The notes: a model not told the origin generated them from the letters alone. Shown: positions 1-12,732, counted from the stretch's first letter. The stretch: 41,008 bases of DNA from Octopus bimaculoides (GCF_001194135.2 NC_068995.1:19292260-19333267), one strand, 5' to 3'. Numbers and translations: made by a program.

Positions 1-83
1 GTATAATAAAAAAAATATTCAGACAAATACATATGCGCTCGGTAGTGAAGTAAAAGCACGTTATAAAAATAAAACTACTGAAC

Positions 84-149
<66 letters not shown>
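84..149 (+). repeat. (AAT)n microsatellite
   Basis: Perfect AAT trinucleotide run; explains the poly-Ile ORF 75..275. Confidence 0.97.
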
Positions 150-1433
150 CTTTACAACAATAATAATAAATGCCCTGACGCAGATAAGACCTTCGTGTTT
201 ATTTGAATTGGGTAAATAGATACAATGTGACAGAAGAAAAGATTTGCAATCGATAGAAAGGGAATGGGTAGGCATTATTTTAAAGTTGTTTCTCGAATAG
301 TTGCGTATTCAAGTGTGGATGGAATGAATTCTATCCAAAATTTTGTGCTGTGGAGAATATGCACAAGCCATTTGGAGAACCCGAGAGAATGAATCCAGCA
401 AAAAGTATATTCACAGATATAACCAAGCGTATTAAAAATGTATCAAATCATTACGATTCAGAAAAAAATGTTTTGAAAGCAGCTGCTCATATGCTAAAAT
501 TTATTATTATTAATTTTAGTGTTTCGTTGTCACTTATTTTATTCGTTATCATTTATTAAATAAATAAATATATTTTGAATGATATTGTAGTTTTTCTTAT
601 CTAACTTATATATTAATGCGTAACTGTTGTGTGAATAAACATCAACATTCTCTATGCGTAGTTTTGCGTCCAATTTTTCTTTTTTATGCTTTCAGGAAAA
701 TAAAGTAATCAACGAAAAACAAGAAAGATATTTTATAAAAGTAACGATTCTAACTTATTTTCTTTATCACTTTTCCTCTCCGACATTCAATTCAAGATTT
801 TGGTTTACACTGCATTTTGATGACAACAGTTTTTATTCAATACATATTACACTTCAGTTATTTGGGTTCATTTTTAAGGTTCGCATGAACTAGAAATGTG
901 CTAAAAGTCGCCACTGATGAATACAGGTGCATATGTGCGTGCATGTGTGTACTTACATATGTGATTTGCCTATGCCATCAAAACCGGATGTGCCAGGAGA
1001 GATATTATAAGGTTTCTCGTACCAAGCATTGTCTGCTTCCTTAATCCATAGGTATTCGCTTGAAACAAATTCCTGGAGTCACAAACCAAGACAAAAGTCA
1101 CATAACGAAGATTCACAACAGAGCGCTATCCGACGCTTTAACGATTTCGCGAATATCCTTTCATTCTTTTATAGGTCTCAACTCAAAGCTGCGGCCATGC
1201 TGGGGCAATCTTTTTGGTTTTTCTATAAGTGTCTTTGCACATGTATATATATAAAAATGTATTAATAAGGGTAGAAATTGATATTAATCAATTAAAACCA
1301 GTGATCTAGCATATTAAAAAAATCCGAAGATTAAAATTATATTACATACGGAAATTACATTTTATAAATCGACAGACTACGCTCATGATCCTGCGGATAT
1401 TTACTTTTGTAAATTTTACCAGGTGAAACCATG

Positions 1434-1570
1434 GTGTATGTAGGTTTATATATATATACTTATATATAAAGTATAAAAATGGAAAGAAAAAGCTAGTTAG
1501 AGAGAGATGGGACCGAAATTCTGTCCAGCCTTCAGTGATACACAGTGTTATGTACAAATANNNNNNNNNN

Positions 1571-1650
<80 letters not shown>

Positions 1651-1769
1651 AGGTTTATATATATATACTTATATATAAAGTATAAAAATGGAAAGAAAAA
1701 GCTAGTTAGAGAGAGATGGGACCGAAATTCTGTCCAGCCTTCAGTGATACACAGTGTTATGTACAAATA
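1434..1769 (+). repeat. 127-bp direct duplication (1434-1560 = 1643-1769) around a 10-N gap and (TA)/(GT) tract
   Basis: Both copies read gtgtatgtaggtttata...gttatgtacaaata with no difference seen; the first copy ends exactly at the gap. Confidence 0.9.
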
Positions 1770-1945
1770 TGCAGCAAAATTGGAAAACATATATACATTA
1801 TTATAGTCACGGATGTACACTACATCATAAGCTAACAATAGTTTATGCTTCTTTGTGTCAATAATAGCAGATAGTTGGAAATACAAACATAACGAATATA
1901 GTTTGAATATGTAAACCTATACACATGAATGCTCACACATGCTGT

Positions 1946-1950
<5 letters not shown>

Positions 1951-1986
<36 letters not shown>

Positions 1987-2075
1987 GTCTCTTCTTGCAT
2001 GCGTATATGCGTTTATCTCTCTCAACTTCCCTTTTTCTCCACATCTATGCACACATATAAACACACACACACACA

Positions 2076-2116
<41 letters not shown>

Positions 2117-2533
2117 NNNNNNNNNNNNNNNNNNNNNNNNNNNNNNNNNNNNNNNNNNNNNNNNNNNNNNNNNNNNNNNNNNNNNNNNNNNNNNNNNNNN
2201 NNNNNNNNNNNNNNNNNNNNNNNNNNNNNNNNNNNNNNNNNNNNNNNNNNNNNNNNNNNNNNNNNNNNNNNNNNNNNNNNNNNNNNNNNNNNNNNNNNNN
2301 NNNNNNNNNNNNNNNNNNNNNNNNNNNNNNNNNNNNNNNNNNNNNNNNNNNNNNNNNNNNNNNNNNNNNNNNNNNNNNNNNNNNNNNNNNNNNNNNNNNN
2401 NNNNNNNNNNNNNNNNNNNNNNNNNNNNNNNNNNNNNNNNNNNNNNNNNNNNNNNNNNNNNNNNNNNNNNNNNNNNNNNNNNNNNNNNNNNNNNNNNNNN
2501 NNNNNNNNNNNNNNNNNNNNNNNNNNNNNNNNN

Positions 2534-2565
<32 letters not shown>
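1951..2565. repeat. (TA)n and (CA)n microsatellites flanking gap 2117-2533
   Basis: Direct reading. Confidence 0.95.
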
Positions 2566-2567
<2 letters not shown>

Positions 2568-3717
2568 GCACACATACATACATATATACATATATATGCA
2601 TAATAAAACAGACACACGCTTACATGCATATAAGTATATATATATATATATATTATGTATATGTAAGCCTGTGTCTGTGTATGCATTTAATATGTGTATC
2701 TAATGTTTTTATAGATATATTTACTTGGAGTCTGTGTGTATATGTGTGTACATGTATTTATACACGGAGAAATATATGCCAAGCTGCATTTTGCTCTTAT
2801 ATGCATATGCAAAGAAAGTTTGATACAAACACGCATACGTATACACACATATATGTGTATATAAATATACAAAATCACTTAAACTCGATATATATGTGTG
2901 TGTGTGTGTGTGTATGTATGTGCAAATATTAATATGCGTGAGTGGGTGTGTATTCATATATAGATTAATAGAAATGTACATATATACTCATTACTATATC
3001 TGTCAAATTGATAATATATTTAAGCAAGCACACAAGAAAATAATAATCTCGAGAGTTTTCAACATACAGCCATTATGGAAAGAGGATTTACATAAATCGA
3101 ACTAGAAGCAACTTTCTATAAATTATTGTCTTCGTTGTACGCCAGTCCATGTTCAAGGCAGTTCCAAATTAAATTACTTTGTATGGGTTTTCTGTCCTTT
3201 CGTCTTCAGATGTGTGGCTGTTGAATATTTTCTGATAACATACGATGAATAGAAATCGTGACACGATTTCAATTCCAAATTTGCTTTCTCAAGAAATGTT
3301 ACTCGCAAATGCTATGCATATCACAGTTCTCTAATTTATGCGTCGTACTAAATACAGCGTTTGGTAGCTGGTTAAAGAGTATATTACATTTACATATTCA
3401 TGGCAAATTTCTGTTCTGTTGCCCTTCATATATTTAACAAGAGACAAAAATGTTTTGGGGAAATTTTTTCTGATGATTCTGTCTCTATAGTGAATGATAT
3501 GCATATTATTTGTTAAAATCCTATTTTATGGAGAACAGAACATATGTTTAATTCCTGTTTGTAGCTATTTAGTTATTCCGTAAGTTTCTTGCTAAAATCA
3601 TTAGAATAACATTTCTCATTCCTCAATACTTCAATGGTGATTTTGCATCTGCTGATAAATGAATTAATCTCAAGAATGTCGAAGAAAATCTTAATATTTT
3701 CTTTCTAACATGGGAGA

Positions 3718-3775
<58 letters not shown>

Positions 3776-3811
3776 CATTATTATCATTATTTTCATAATC
3801 ATCATTATCAT

Positions 3812-3856
<45 letters not shown>

Positions 3857-3922
3857 TATTATTATTATCATTATTATTATTATTGTTGTTCTTGTGTTAT
3901 TGTTGGTTATTATTATTATTAT
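3718..3922. repeat. Compound (TAT)n/(CAT)n microsatellite, continuous with the 3' tail of the adjacent R4-type element
   Basis: Trinucleotide runs read directly; they abut atgtttgac at 3923. Confidence 0.95.
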
Positions 3923-6900
3923 ATGTTTGACTTTTACTTTGTATTTGTAAAAATTGACTCCAAGTCTCAAGAAACAAGTTAGAAATTCATGTTGGTGTTA
4001 TACCTAGGGTGTCATATATTTAGTTTTGCGCATAGCATTGTTCTAGGGAATGTTTAAGAAAACATAAGAAAATTATGAGTTTGTTTTAAATTTTGAAATT
4101 GGGGTTTCCTGATATCTGGTCTAGGTAGGAGTCAGCCCCCTTTACTATAATTCCTAGGGCACCTATGTCGACAGATATTGTTTTAGTATTGAGGTTCCAC
4201 ATTTTGTCAATTTCTATTTCAAGATCTTTATACTTGTTGACTTTTAGTAGGTCTTGACAGATACATTTATGTCGATTAAGACAGTCATATCAATGAGGAG
4301 GCATGACTTTTATCTGAGGTCTTTCAACACGATATCTGGCCTATTCGTATATATCGTTCTTTCAATTTAAATGGTGAAGTTCCAGAGGAGTGAAATGTGA
4401 TCATTTTCAAGCACTGGTGGTGGTTTGTGTTCCCACTATTTTTTATCATGGGGCAGGTCCAGGTTTTAGCTAATTACACAGTGAATATATTGTGCTGCTC
4501 TATCATGACTATTGAGATAATCAGTAGACACAAGAAGACTGTACATCGAAACAACATAATCAATGGTTTCATTTTGTTGTTGACATACACGACATGTTGG
4601 ACTACTGCCTGATAGTTTCTTGTAGTTAGACATTGATCTTGGGTTACCATGATAAACCTTTCTGTTTCTGATTTTAAACCAGAGGACACTAACCATTGAT
4701 GGGTAAGGGCTTTGTCAACATCGGCAATATTCGATCATCTTGGTTATTTGCCATTGAGAGGGCTTTCTTGCCATTTATCAGTAAGAATATATAAGGCAGC
4801 AATTTTAGCACAGGTTTTCATACGCTTTTTTTTCTGTGATTGTTTCTAGAACGTGTAATTCTGGAATTTTGTTTTTTGTATTTGGAATTCACTTAGATAT
4901 TCCTTTGCCTGTTGTGTTACTGAGTATGATGCTTTCTTGTTTTCATGTTTTGAGACAAGTTTTAACATCCAGTCATCAATGTTTATCAGGTAGGTCTCTA
5001 TGCCAATTGTAGCAATATTCATTGTTAATTACAGTCGTAAAAATCCTCAACCACCCTCTTTTCTTGGCAGGTAAAGTCGTTCTATATCAGCCTTTGGGTG
5101 GTGCATTCTATGCATTATCAACATTTTCGCATTTTTCTGTCAAGATTACATATTTCAGTAATTGATCAGTTAATGATATTGAAACTGTAAATCACGTCCG
5201 GTATGTCTAAATTATCGATCGATTCGATGTTGTTTCCTGCATTCATCTTTGTCTTGAGTATTGACCTTACCCTGCGATAACATTCTCTTCTGATCCTTTC
5301 CCTCATTACAAAATGTTTGATTCCATCCTCTTCATATACCCCTAGGTATTTGTAGCTCTCTACTGGTTCTAACTCCTTTATGACATTCTACTGGTCAAGA
5401 TTAACGATGTCATCACTGAACTGTTTAACATCCGCTAGTAAGCCCTGTAGTTGTTGGTCATTTTTTACAAACAGCTTTAAATCATCCATGTAAATAAGAT
5501 GATTTGTATTTTTATCAAACATTTTATAGTCTATTGTACATCATCGAGAACTTTCGAGAGAGACGTTAAGACTAGACAAAAGAGGAGTGGTGATAGAGAG
5601 TCACCCTGGAAAATACCACATGAAATTTTACATCTACAGCTTTTATTGATACATTGTCACTGTTTAAATTCAGTGTCGTTCTCCATCATCTCATACTTAC
5701 AGACAGGAAGTTTTGCAAAGTAGGTATCATTTCATACATTTCCAGACATTTCTTAATCCATCTATGTGGTAGACTATCAAAATCCCTTTAAAGTCTATGG
5801 AAGCTATCGACAAGTCTTTGTGTCGTTTGTGATAATCTTCCAAGATCATCTTATTGGTGGGTAGGTGATCTTTAAAACCATAGGACCAACGTTTACATAT
5901 GTTTTGCTCATTAGGGAATTTGCCACTTTCTATTAAAAAACTATAGGTATATTCAGTCAAGACATATGTTAGTTTTTTTATGCGTTGTTGTTAAGTAGGT
6001 TACGGGTCTATAATTTAATTTTTTGGTTCATTTGTTTCTTCATTATTTGGAAGTAGGCAAGTAACACCATTAACTAGCCAAGAAGGAATCATACTAGGTT
6101 GCTGCAAAGCATTGTTGTAAAGTTTTGTTAACAGTTCGTGCCTGACTCTATGGGAAGGCATTCAACCAGAAGTTATGCATTTTATTTTTTCCTGGAGACA
6201 TCCATTTGCTTGACTTCCAGAGAGTAGATCTTACATGCTCTACCTTGATACACTCCCACTTTTGCTCTTCTAAGGAGTCTAAGCCTATAGATATTCTATC
6301 AATTGTAGGGGCCTTTTTATTTTGCGTCTTTTCTTCAGCCCAAATTTTATTCCAAAATTCCTGCACTTCTACTTTTGATGGTACAGGCTTTACTGTAACT
6401 GTTATTTTCTCTATCTTCCTGTAAACATTTTTTGGGTTATTTTTGAACATGTCCTTCAACAATCTAACATGCTTTTCATACCTTGCTATGCGGGTAGCTT
6501 TAGCACATACCTTTTGCTTGATAGCTTTTATGGTGGTATCGATGTCAAGTGTGGTTTTCATATTACATTTTTTGTTGAATTTTCGGATTTTTGTTGGTTT
6601 GTTAGTCTGGTCAAACTTAAGGTTTTTAAACATTCTTTGTCAGACATAAGTATTCGAATTTGGTGTTGAATACACTCGTGCCAAGTATTTTTTTTTTTTG
6701 TGAGAATGTTGTCGTTTTCCAAATTTTCCATCACGTAGAATCGAGGAGATTTTGCGGATGCATATTACAGGTGGTTGAGATCTGTAATATCAAGATCATT
6801 AGCTGAAATTATATCCTTAAGTGCAAGGCGGATTTTACCAATTACTTTCAGGTTTTCAATCGAATTGCGAATTTTTGGGAGAGTGTCGCGTTCATTCATA

Positions 6901-7110
6901 CTGGTTTCTTTAATTTTAAGCCATTCAATCATGATTTAATCTTTTAGATCATGTAGTTCTGTTGGGTCGATTTCTGTGTAACTTTCTTCATCTATTTGAT
7001 TTTCGTTTATGGTTGGCTCAGAGAGTATTCGAATTTACCTATCAGTTACATTAAATCTTTCAGCCATTATTGTATTTTCATCAGACCTGGATTTTTCCTT
7101 CGCATTAACC
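3923..7110 (-). mobile_element. Decayed R4/Dong-clade non-LTR retrotransposon (RT + restriction-like endonuclease), 5' end missing
   Basis: Minus-strand translation, 5' to 3': ERDTLPKI..DLNHL*YASA (~6880-6765); KQKVCAKATRIARY..FWNKIW..KWMSPGKNKMHNFWL (ORF 6148..6633); NKMILED..IDFK (~5780-5860); GIFQGDSLSPLLF (~5577-5617); NHLIYMDDLKLF (YMDD 5481-5492); CRVC..ETID..HDRAAQYIH (~4480-4595); NRPDIV (4328-4342); KYKDLEIEIDKMW..IGALG (~4150-4240). Many stops and frameshifts. Confidence 0.9.
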
Positions 7111-7114
7111 TAGC

Positions 7115-7950
7115 TAGTGTTTCCAACTCCTGATAAATGTTTCACGTAGGAAATCTTGGAATCTGTTTCTTTGTCGTATATTTTCGACTAGGCTTTGGTT
7201 GTATCGTTTCAGGATTTTTTAATAAAATATTGGATCTTAATGGCCTCTATTTCCTGAGTACCTTACTGCGAACCATTCTGTGATCCAACTAATACCCGGG
7301 AGTTTTGTGAGACTTGATTAAGAAGCTCTGTTTTACCTGACATTACCACGAACTTTGCTCTTAGATATGACATAGTCCAGCGTTTACTAATTACCAAATC
7401 GAGGATACTTCCAGATGTTATTATATTTATCTGCCTGCCAAAATATTGTGTTTGTTATTGCTAAACCAAATTGTTGACAAAAAGACAACAATAGTAAACC
7501 ATTTGCATTCATCGTTCTTGTACCATGTTTACCTAATTCTTTTGACAGCACTGTGTATTTGTTACGTATTCTGGTATTGAAAGCGCCTATTAATTGTCTT
7601 TGTCATGATACGAAATTTTACTGATAATTGTTGCAATTTACAGTGGAAACTGTTATGTTCTTGTTCAGATGATGACAAAGTAGGTGCATATGTGCTGATA
7701 ATATGCATGAATGAAGAATTACCTTTGGGTGTATGAAAGGACATGAGAAGCTCATCAGCAACTTGGAGAATGGATGAAACTTACGAAGTAAAGTCGATTT
7801 GGTGTCAAAACTAACATCATAATATAAGTTTGTTGTGCGTAGCTAATAATATTTTGTGAGGATGATTCCTAGCCGCAAGAATAAGTATGTAATAAAAATC
7901 ATATATCCTGAATCTCAACGTGGGTTTCGGTCTGGAAGAGGCACATTTGA
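7115..7950 (-). mobile_element. RTE-type LINE 5' half: AP endonuclease (APE) domain plus start of the linker, decayed
   Basis: IISTYAPT (YAPT 7679-7690), then IGAFNTRI..LGKHG..NANGLLLLSFCQQFGLAITNTIF..WKYPR..LDYVI (7590-7365, one frame with two stops), then DHRMVRSK (~7262-7285). These match RTE APE motifs YAPT, GDFNARV, NxNGxLLLxFC, TWxHPRS..LDY and TDHRLV. The right boundary is uncertain (weak signal 7750-8080). Confidence 0.8.
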
Positions 7951-8089
7951 CATGAAATTTGACACTTGGCAAATTGAAGAAAAGACACGATAGCAAAATA
8001 TTGATTTTTATATGGTATTTTTTGACTTGCCCATGGCTTCTGATCAAATGAATCGTAAAGCGCCCAGGAAAATTTTGTCACAAGTTAGT

Positions 8090-9200
8090 CTTGTTGATAA
8101 ATGGGAAAGGTGATAGTATCACTGCACGAAGAAAAATGATTGCAACATGGATTTATAATGGTCAATGTTCAGAGGCATTTTCATTTACCACTGGAAAAAA
8201 AAGGGGTTGTGTCTTAGCTCCTCTACTCTTAGCCATATTATGGTCGATGATGTTCCAACTTACTTTCAAGGATTACTATGGACGTGCAACATTTCATTTC
8301 TGCATCGAAATACACAAAAGTTCAGCACAGGAAAAGAGAATAGAAGAGATTCTATGCAATGTTCTGTTTGCTAATATGGGAAATAGTTGATAGGCTTGTT
8401 GCGGCTAACCTATCCAACCTATCATGCATTTGCTCTGATTATAAGCAATAAAGAAACTGAAATATTATTCTGATCAACGCCGGAGACAGAACATACTCAT
8501 GATATAAATGTTATGACTGGCAATAAGCCATTAAAATGAGCCAGGTCATTTGAATATCTTGGAAGTATAGTAAAATTTAAGAGTACTCTTGGTAAGGAAA
8601 AGTTATTATACCCGAGGCTAAAAGTGCTTTTGGAAAACTCATCCATCGTTTATTCTATGAAAACTAAAACAAATCTTGTAGGGAGCGAAGGTATAGACTC
8701 CCTACTACAGTCATATAAAGAAAGTTCAAACCTTTCACATGCGCTGCCTGTGCAATATCTCAAAAATAAAATGGTAAGTGAAGATACCACATGTCAAAAT
8801 TTTAGATGAATGTTATGTTTCTTGTACCGAAAGTATGTTATTGAAAATTCAGTGTAGATGGTCATGACTTGCTGTTCGAATGTAATATAATCGCATTCCA
8901 AAAATTCTTTTGTACGACCAACAAGTCTAGGGATTCTTCAGTAAAGGATGATTGCTGCTAAGGTATAAGCAGAAGTTTAAACGATAAGCAAAATCCCTAA
9001 TGTAACATCTGATGGAAGTTATTGCCAAGATCGATCTGAATGGTATAAATGGTATCATGAGGCATCGAAACTATTTGAGTTGCAGCAAAGAACTTTATCC
9101 TGTGATGAACAGACACATTTTCCCAATCAGAGGCAAAATCGAAACCATCATTGCCTCATTTAGATTTTAAAGCAAAATCCGTACCTGGTCTCAAATTACA
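8090..9200 (+). mobile_element. RTE-type LINE 3' half (RT C-terminal part), decayed
   Basis: NGQCSEAFSFTTGKKRGCVLAPLLL (~8155-8230; consensus GVKQGCVLAPTLF); VLFAN (LLFADD); KKTEILF; FEYLGS (~8549-8566); a DRSEW motif near 9030 resembling the RTE WExLAxDRxxW block. Confidence 0.75.
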
Positions 9201-9499
9201 TTCATGCATCCAACACAAATAGATATTGACTTCTTTTTTAATCCTTCTTTAATCATTTCCGCCAAAGACTCCTGAGTTGAAATCGACAGTAGTGATCAGA
9301 ATCATCATTATCAGCGTCAAGACCATCATCGCCGTCGTCATCGTTATAATTATTATTATCAATAATATGAATACGCTAATATTTTGTTTTTGTACGTACG
9401 TACTTGTGGTGTGTATCACACTTCCTTCAAAGGCAAAGGTAAAAAGGTTGAAGGGAGAGGTACATAAAAATAGAAATTAAAGGTGTTAAGCAGAGGAGG

Positions 9500-9932
9500 T
9501 ATACTTCAAGTGAGTAGCGAAGCGGACGAGAGGAAGACAGAGAGGAAGTGAGAGAGAAAGAGAGAGAATGAGATACAGTGAGTGGTGAGTGAAAGGAAGG
9601 TGGCGTTCCTTGTTTTCGTTTTTTAATATTCATCCGCAATTTCAGAGTAGACTGATGCGTACATCGAAAGAAACAGACATATATATTTAGTTATATAGAT
9701 ACATACACACATTGTTGAATTACAAGAGAGAGAGAGAGAGGTGGGAAGAAAGGAAGTGAGAGAAAGAGAAAGAAAGACAGTGGGTGGTGACTGAAAGGAA
9801 GGTGGAGTACGTTTTGTGTTTTTAAATGTTTATATCAGTAATGTGTGTTTTTAAATGTTAATCAGTATTTTCGCAAGAAAAGTAAATCGAAGGAAAATTT
9901 GATACATAGATACATAGACACATTGTTAATTC
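9500..9932 (+). repeat. Diverged ~200-bp tandem duplication (GA-rich unit)
   Basis: Shared blocks: cagtg(a/g)gtggtga(g/c)tgaaaggaaggtgg at ~9576 and ~9778, and tagatacata(c/g)acacattgtt at ~9694 and ~9907. Confidence 0.6.
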
Positions 9933-9959
9933 AAAGACAACTACAGCGAATATTTGACC

Positions 9960-10265
9960 TCATTTTCACTTTTCATTCAGCCTCACACAGAATATGACAT
10001 GGGTGGCCTCTTTGAATTACAGCTACAAATCCAGCTAAGGGGACTGGAGCAAGATAAACCTTCAAGTGGTTGGAAGAAGAACAAAAAGATCCTATATAGG
10101 GGCAGGAAAATCTTTTTAATCTTTAGGGTCACTATGGGTGTTAATGCGGTCATAACAGCGGCTTTTGTGGGTCTCACGTATCTGCGGGCCAAGCCCCCAG
10201 ATAAACACCAATGGGCAGGCTATTATAAAACTGATCGTGAGTCGAGGGCGAAGTCACTACACAAC
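9960..10265 (-). mobile_element. tRNA-derived SINE, family B, degenerate copy
   Basis: 9978-10026 closely matches 10508-10556 of the neighbouring SINE; gatcgtgagtcga..cacta near 10235 resembles the antisense head. Confidence 0.5.
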
Positions 10266-10369
10266 GGAATAGCAATTAATTCCTCTAAGCTTTCACTGCT
10301 TATACAAAACACTCGTCATTTTTGCCTTACGATATGAAACATTTCCTTTTCTTTTCGCTCGTTTTAGCA

Positions 10370-10690
10370 AATGGCACACCGTCTGTTATAATGACGAGGT
10401 TCCTGATTATCTGATTAACGGAACAATCTTCTCATAAAATTAACGCGCAAGTGGCTGATTATTCCACAGATATGCATAACATAACGTAGTTCTCGGGGGT
10501 ATTCACCTTCACACAGAATGTGACAAGGTTGGCCCTTTTGAATTAAAGCTACAATTCATTTTTGCCAGCTGAGTTGACTGCAGCAATTTGAAGTCGGATG
10601 CCTTGCTCAAAAACACAGCGCGCCGGCGGAAATCCTAATCATGACTTTACGATCGTGGGCCGAATACCCCTAACCACTGAGCTACGCACC
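10370..10690 (-). mobile_element. tRNA-derived SINE, family B (tRNA head + GTGTxxTTGAGCAAG central block + 3' body)
   Basis: Reverse complement begins ggtgcgtagctcagtggttagggg (pol III A box TAGCTCAGTGG), with a degenerate B box and gtgtttttgagcaaggca; same head as 36256-36401. Confidence 0.8.
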
Positions 10691-11204
10691 ATCACTCTCT
10701 TAACCGTAGAGAAAAGGAGTGAAGCAAATGAGACAGAGAAAAGAAAACATTTGTCTTTTACAATGTCAGACTAAAATACAATCGATGTTTTCTAGCTTCT
10801 TTACTTTTAACAACGAAGAATAGGGGAAGACATTTTGTAATGAATAGAGGGAAAGTCTTTCAGGTGTTTGCGTTTTCATTCCGAGAGTTCTAAAAGGATC
10901 GAATGTGAGTTCCCTTTTGTTACCCCACCTCTCCGGCACTTAATCACCTTGTTTGATTGTCATTCATGCCTTTTGGTCGTGGGGAAAGACCATGTTTTTT
11001 TTTTCAAACACGTTTAACGTTTTCTCTACAAACTAGAAACAAGGATCCTCCCTTCCTTTTGCTTTTCATACAAAAATTAATGCAAATTTCGAACGAGGTA
11101 TAGTTGTGACAAGAGCCCAGAAAAATGGGTAATACCCCCTACAAAATAGGTGGGGGAGAAAAGTTGCCAACAGGTGGCTACACGAAATTCAACTCCATAC
11201 TTTA

Positions 11205-11475
11205 GAGTGTGTTTTCTGTTATAGCCTCGGGACGACCAAAGCCTTGTGACTGAATTTGGTAGACAGAAACTGAAAGAACAATGTCATATATCTATAAATA
11301 TAAATATAAATATATGTATATATCAATGTGTGTAACTTAGTGGTTCGGCAAAATAGTCCAATGGAATAAGTACTAGGCTTACAAAGAATAATTCCTGAGG
11401 TCGATTTGTTCGACTAAAGGCGGTGCTCTAGCATGGCCACAATCAAATGACTGAAAAAATAAAAGAATAAAAGAA
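11205..11475 (+). mobile_element. SINE central and 3' fragments split by a TA-rich tract
   Basis: agcctcgggacgaccaaagccttgtgactgaatttggtagacagaaactgaaagaa, then gtcgatttgttcgactaaaggcggtgctctagcatggccac..aaaagaataaaagaata. Recalled as cephalopod SINE core and tail; not searched. Confidence 0.6.
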
Positions 11476-12284
11476 TATATATATGTTTACACACACATAT
11501 GCACACACACCTGACAAAGGTGTGTATGTATGTACGTACGAGATACATTTCTGCAATGTATATATATCTGAAGTCTCAGACACTAAAATGAATGTGTCTG
11601 CTGCAGTAAGCAACGTATTTACTTTCTCTGTTTCGTATAATGAAATCCCACGAGTTTTTTTTTTTCTTCTTTTCTCTCCATTTTACTGAATGAACAAAAC
11701 ATCCAGTATTGACGTGAAAAATAAATAAATAAAAGGAAACATGATTAGATTAGAAGTAATCTTAAAAGCTAAATATCTTTAACAAAGGAATCTATCATGC
11801 ACTAGGTTTCAGTAGAAAACTGCACAGTGATAGTATATCTAAAGCTTTTATAGATATTTTATGAATATAGCTTTGCACATTGATGAGAGACCTTTAACTG
11901 GCGAAATGAGATAATTGGCTGAATGGCCGAAGTGACAACTGCTGGTGGTTTGTCTAGGAAACTGCAGTACCGTTCTCTCGAAATGGTACTTATCTCTCAG
12001 CGGATTGGTTCAATTAATCTGAAATAGCCATACTGTGGATGTGTAATCGATAGTAGTGGCCAGACATTGTTACTAACTAAATTTAATGGTAATGCTGAGT
12101 TCATTTAGATTCCATGTAAGTGATTCCTGTCCAGGAATATATTTCTTAAACATTACTGCTATGAATACTTGGATGCGTTCATATAAGTAACAGCAGCACT
12201 GAGGTGGATGCTGTTACAGTGTGACGTTCACCAATGACTAGAATCATTGAAGGTACTTTACGTCGCTAACGATGATACAACGAT

Positions 12285-12291
12285 GATACTG

Positions 12292-12346
<55 letters not shown>

Positions 12347-12469
12347 AGCTACTGCTGCTGCTGCCGCTATTACTGCTATTATCACCAACATTACTACCAC
12401 CACTAATGCTACTACTACCATTACTACTAAGACTACTACTAATTCTACGGTTGTTATTATCATCATCAA

Positions 12470-12504
<35 letters not shown>

Positions 12505-12548
12505 CCGTCATCATCATCATCATCATCATTATCAGCAGCAGCAGCAGT
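12285..12548. repeat. Compound (CTA)n/(CAT)n/(CAG)n microsatellite
   Basis: Direct reading; source of the poly-Leu, poly-Ser and poly-Asp ORFs. Confidence 0.92.
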
Positions 12549-12563
12549 AGCAGAATCAAAGCA

Positions 12564-12690
12564 AGATGGCCGAATCGTTACCATGCCGGACAAAACGCTT
12601 AGTTCAACGTTTTCCGACGTTCTGAGTACAAACTCTGCCGACGTTGACTTTGCCTTCTATACTTTCGGGGTCGATGAAATAGCGGTCCCT
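12564..12690 (+). mobile_element. tRNA-derived SINE, family A, 3'-truncated
   Basis: ggccgaatcgtta..gttctgagtacaaactctgccgacgttgactttgcc..ttcggggtcgat matches the other family A copies in the window. Confidence 0.75.
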
Positions 12691-12732
12691 GTCTTATTGT
12701 TTCGTGGGGGTTACGGGGAGGTGTAGTGATTT

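Noticed and set aside
284-559. Open plus-strand frame (..KCGWNEFYPKFCAVENMH..)
   Set aside because: No recognisable motif, no convincing splice pair, and the 3' end is AT low-complexity.
1050-1240. Possible SWIM-type zinc-finger remnant (HSFIGL / QSCGHAGAIF across a frameshift)
   Set aside because: Needs a frameshift and lacks the first two cysteines; too weak without a profile search.
1434-1769. Identical 127-bp direct repeat as a biological duplication
   Set aside because: The first copy ends exactly at a 10-N gap and the copies look identical; most likely an unmerged contig overlap or two haplotypes.
1507-2981. Long ORFs through gaps and (TA)/(CA) tracts here and at 21593-22403, 28525-29403, 31380-32474 and 39116-40621
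   Set aside because: They are open only because of N runs and dinucleotide repeats (YI, TH, CV peptides).
3252-3270. Palindrome gaaatcgtg-a-cacgatttc
   Set aside because: A 9-bp arm is expected about once by chance in a window of this size and composition.
11884-11915. TGATGA...GAAA as a second hammerhead
   Set aside because: No C3, no convincing stem II, and no stem III or NUH site.
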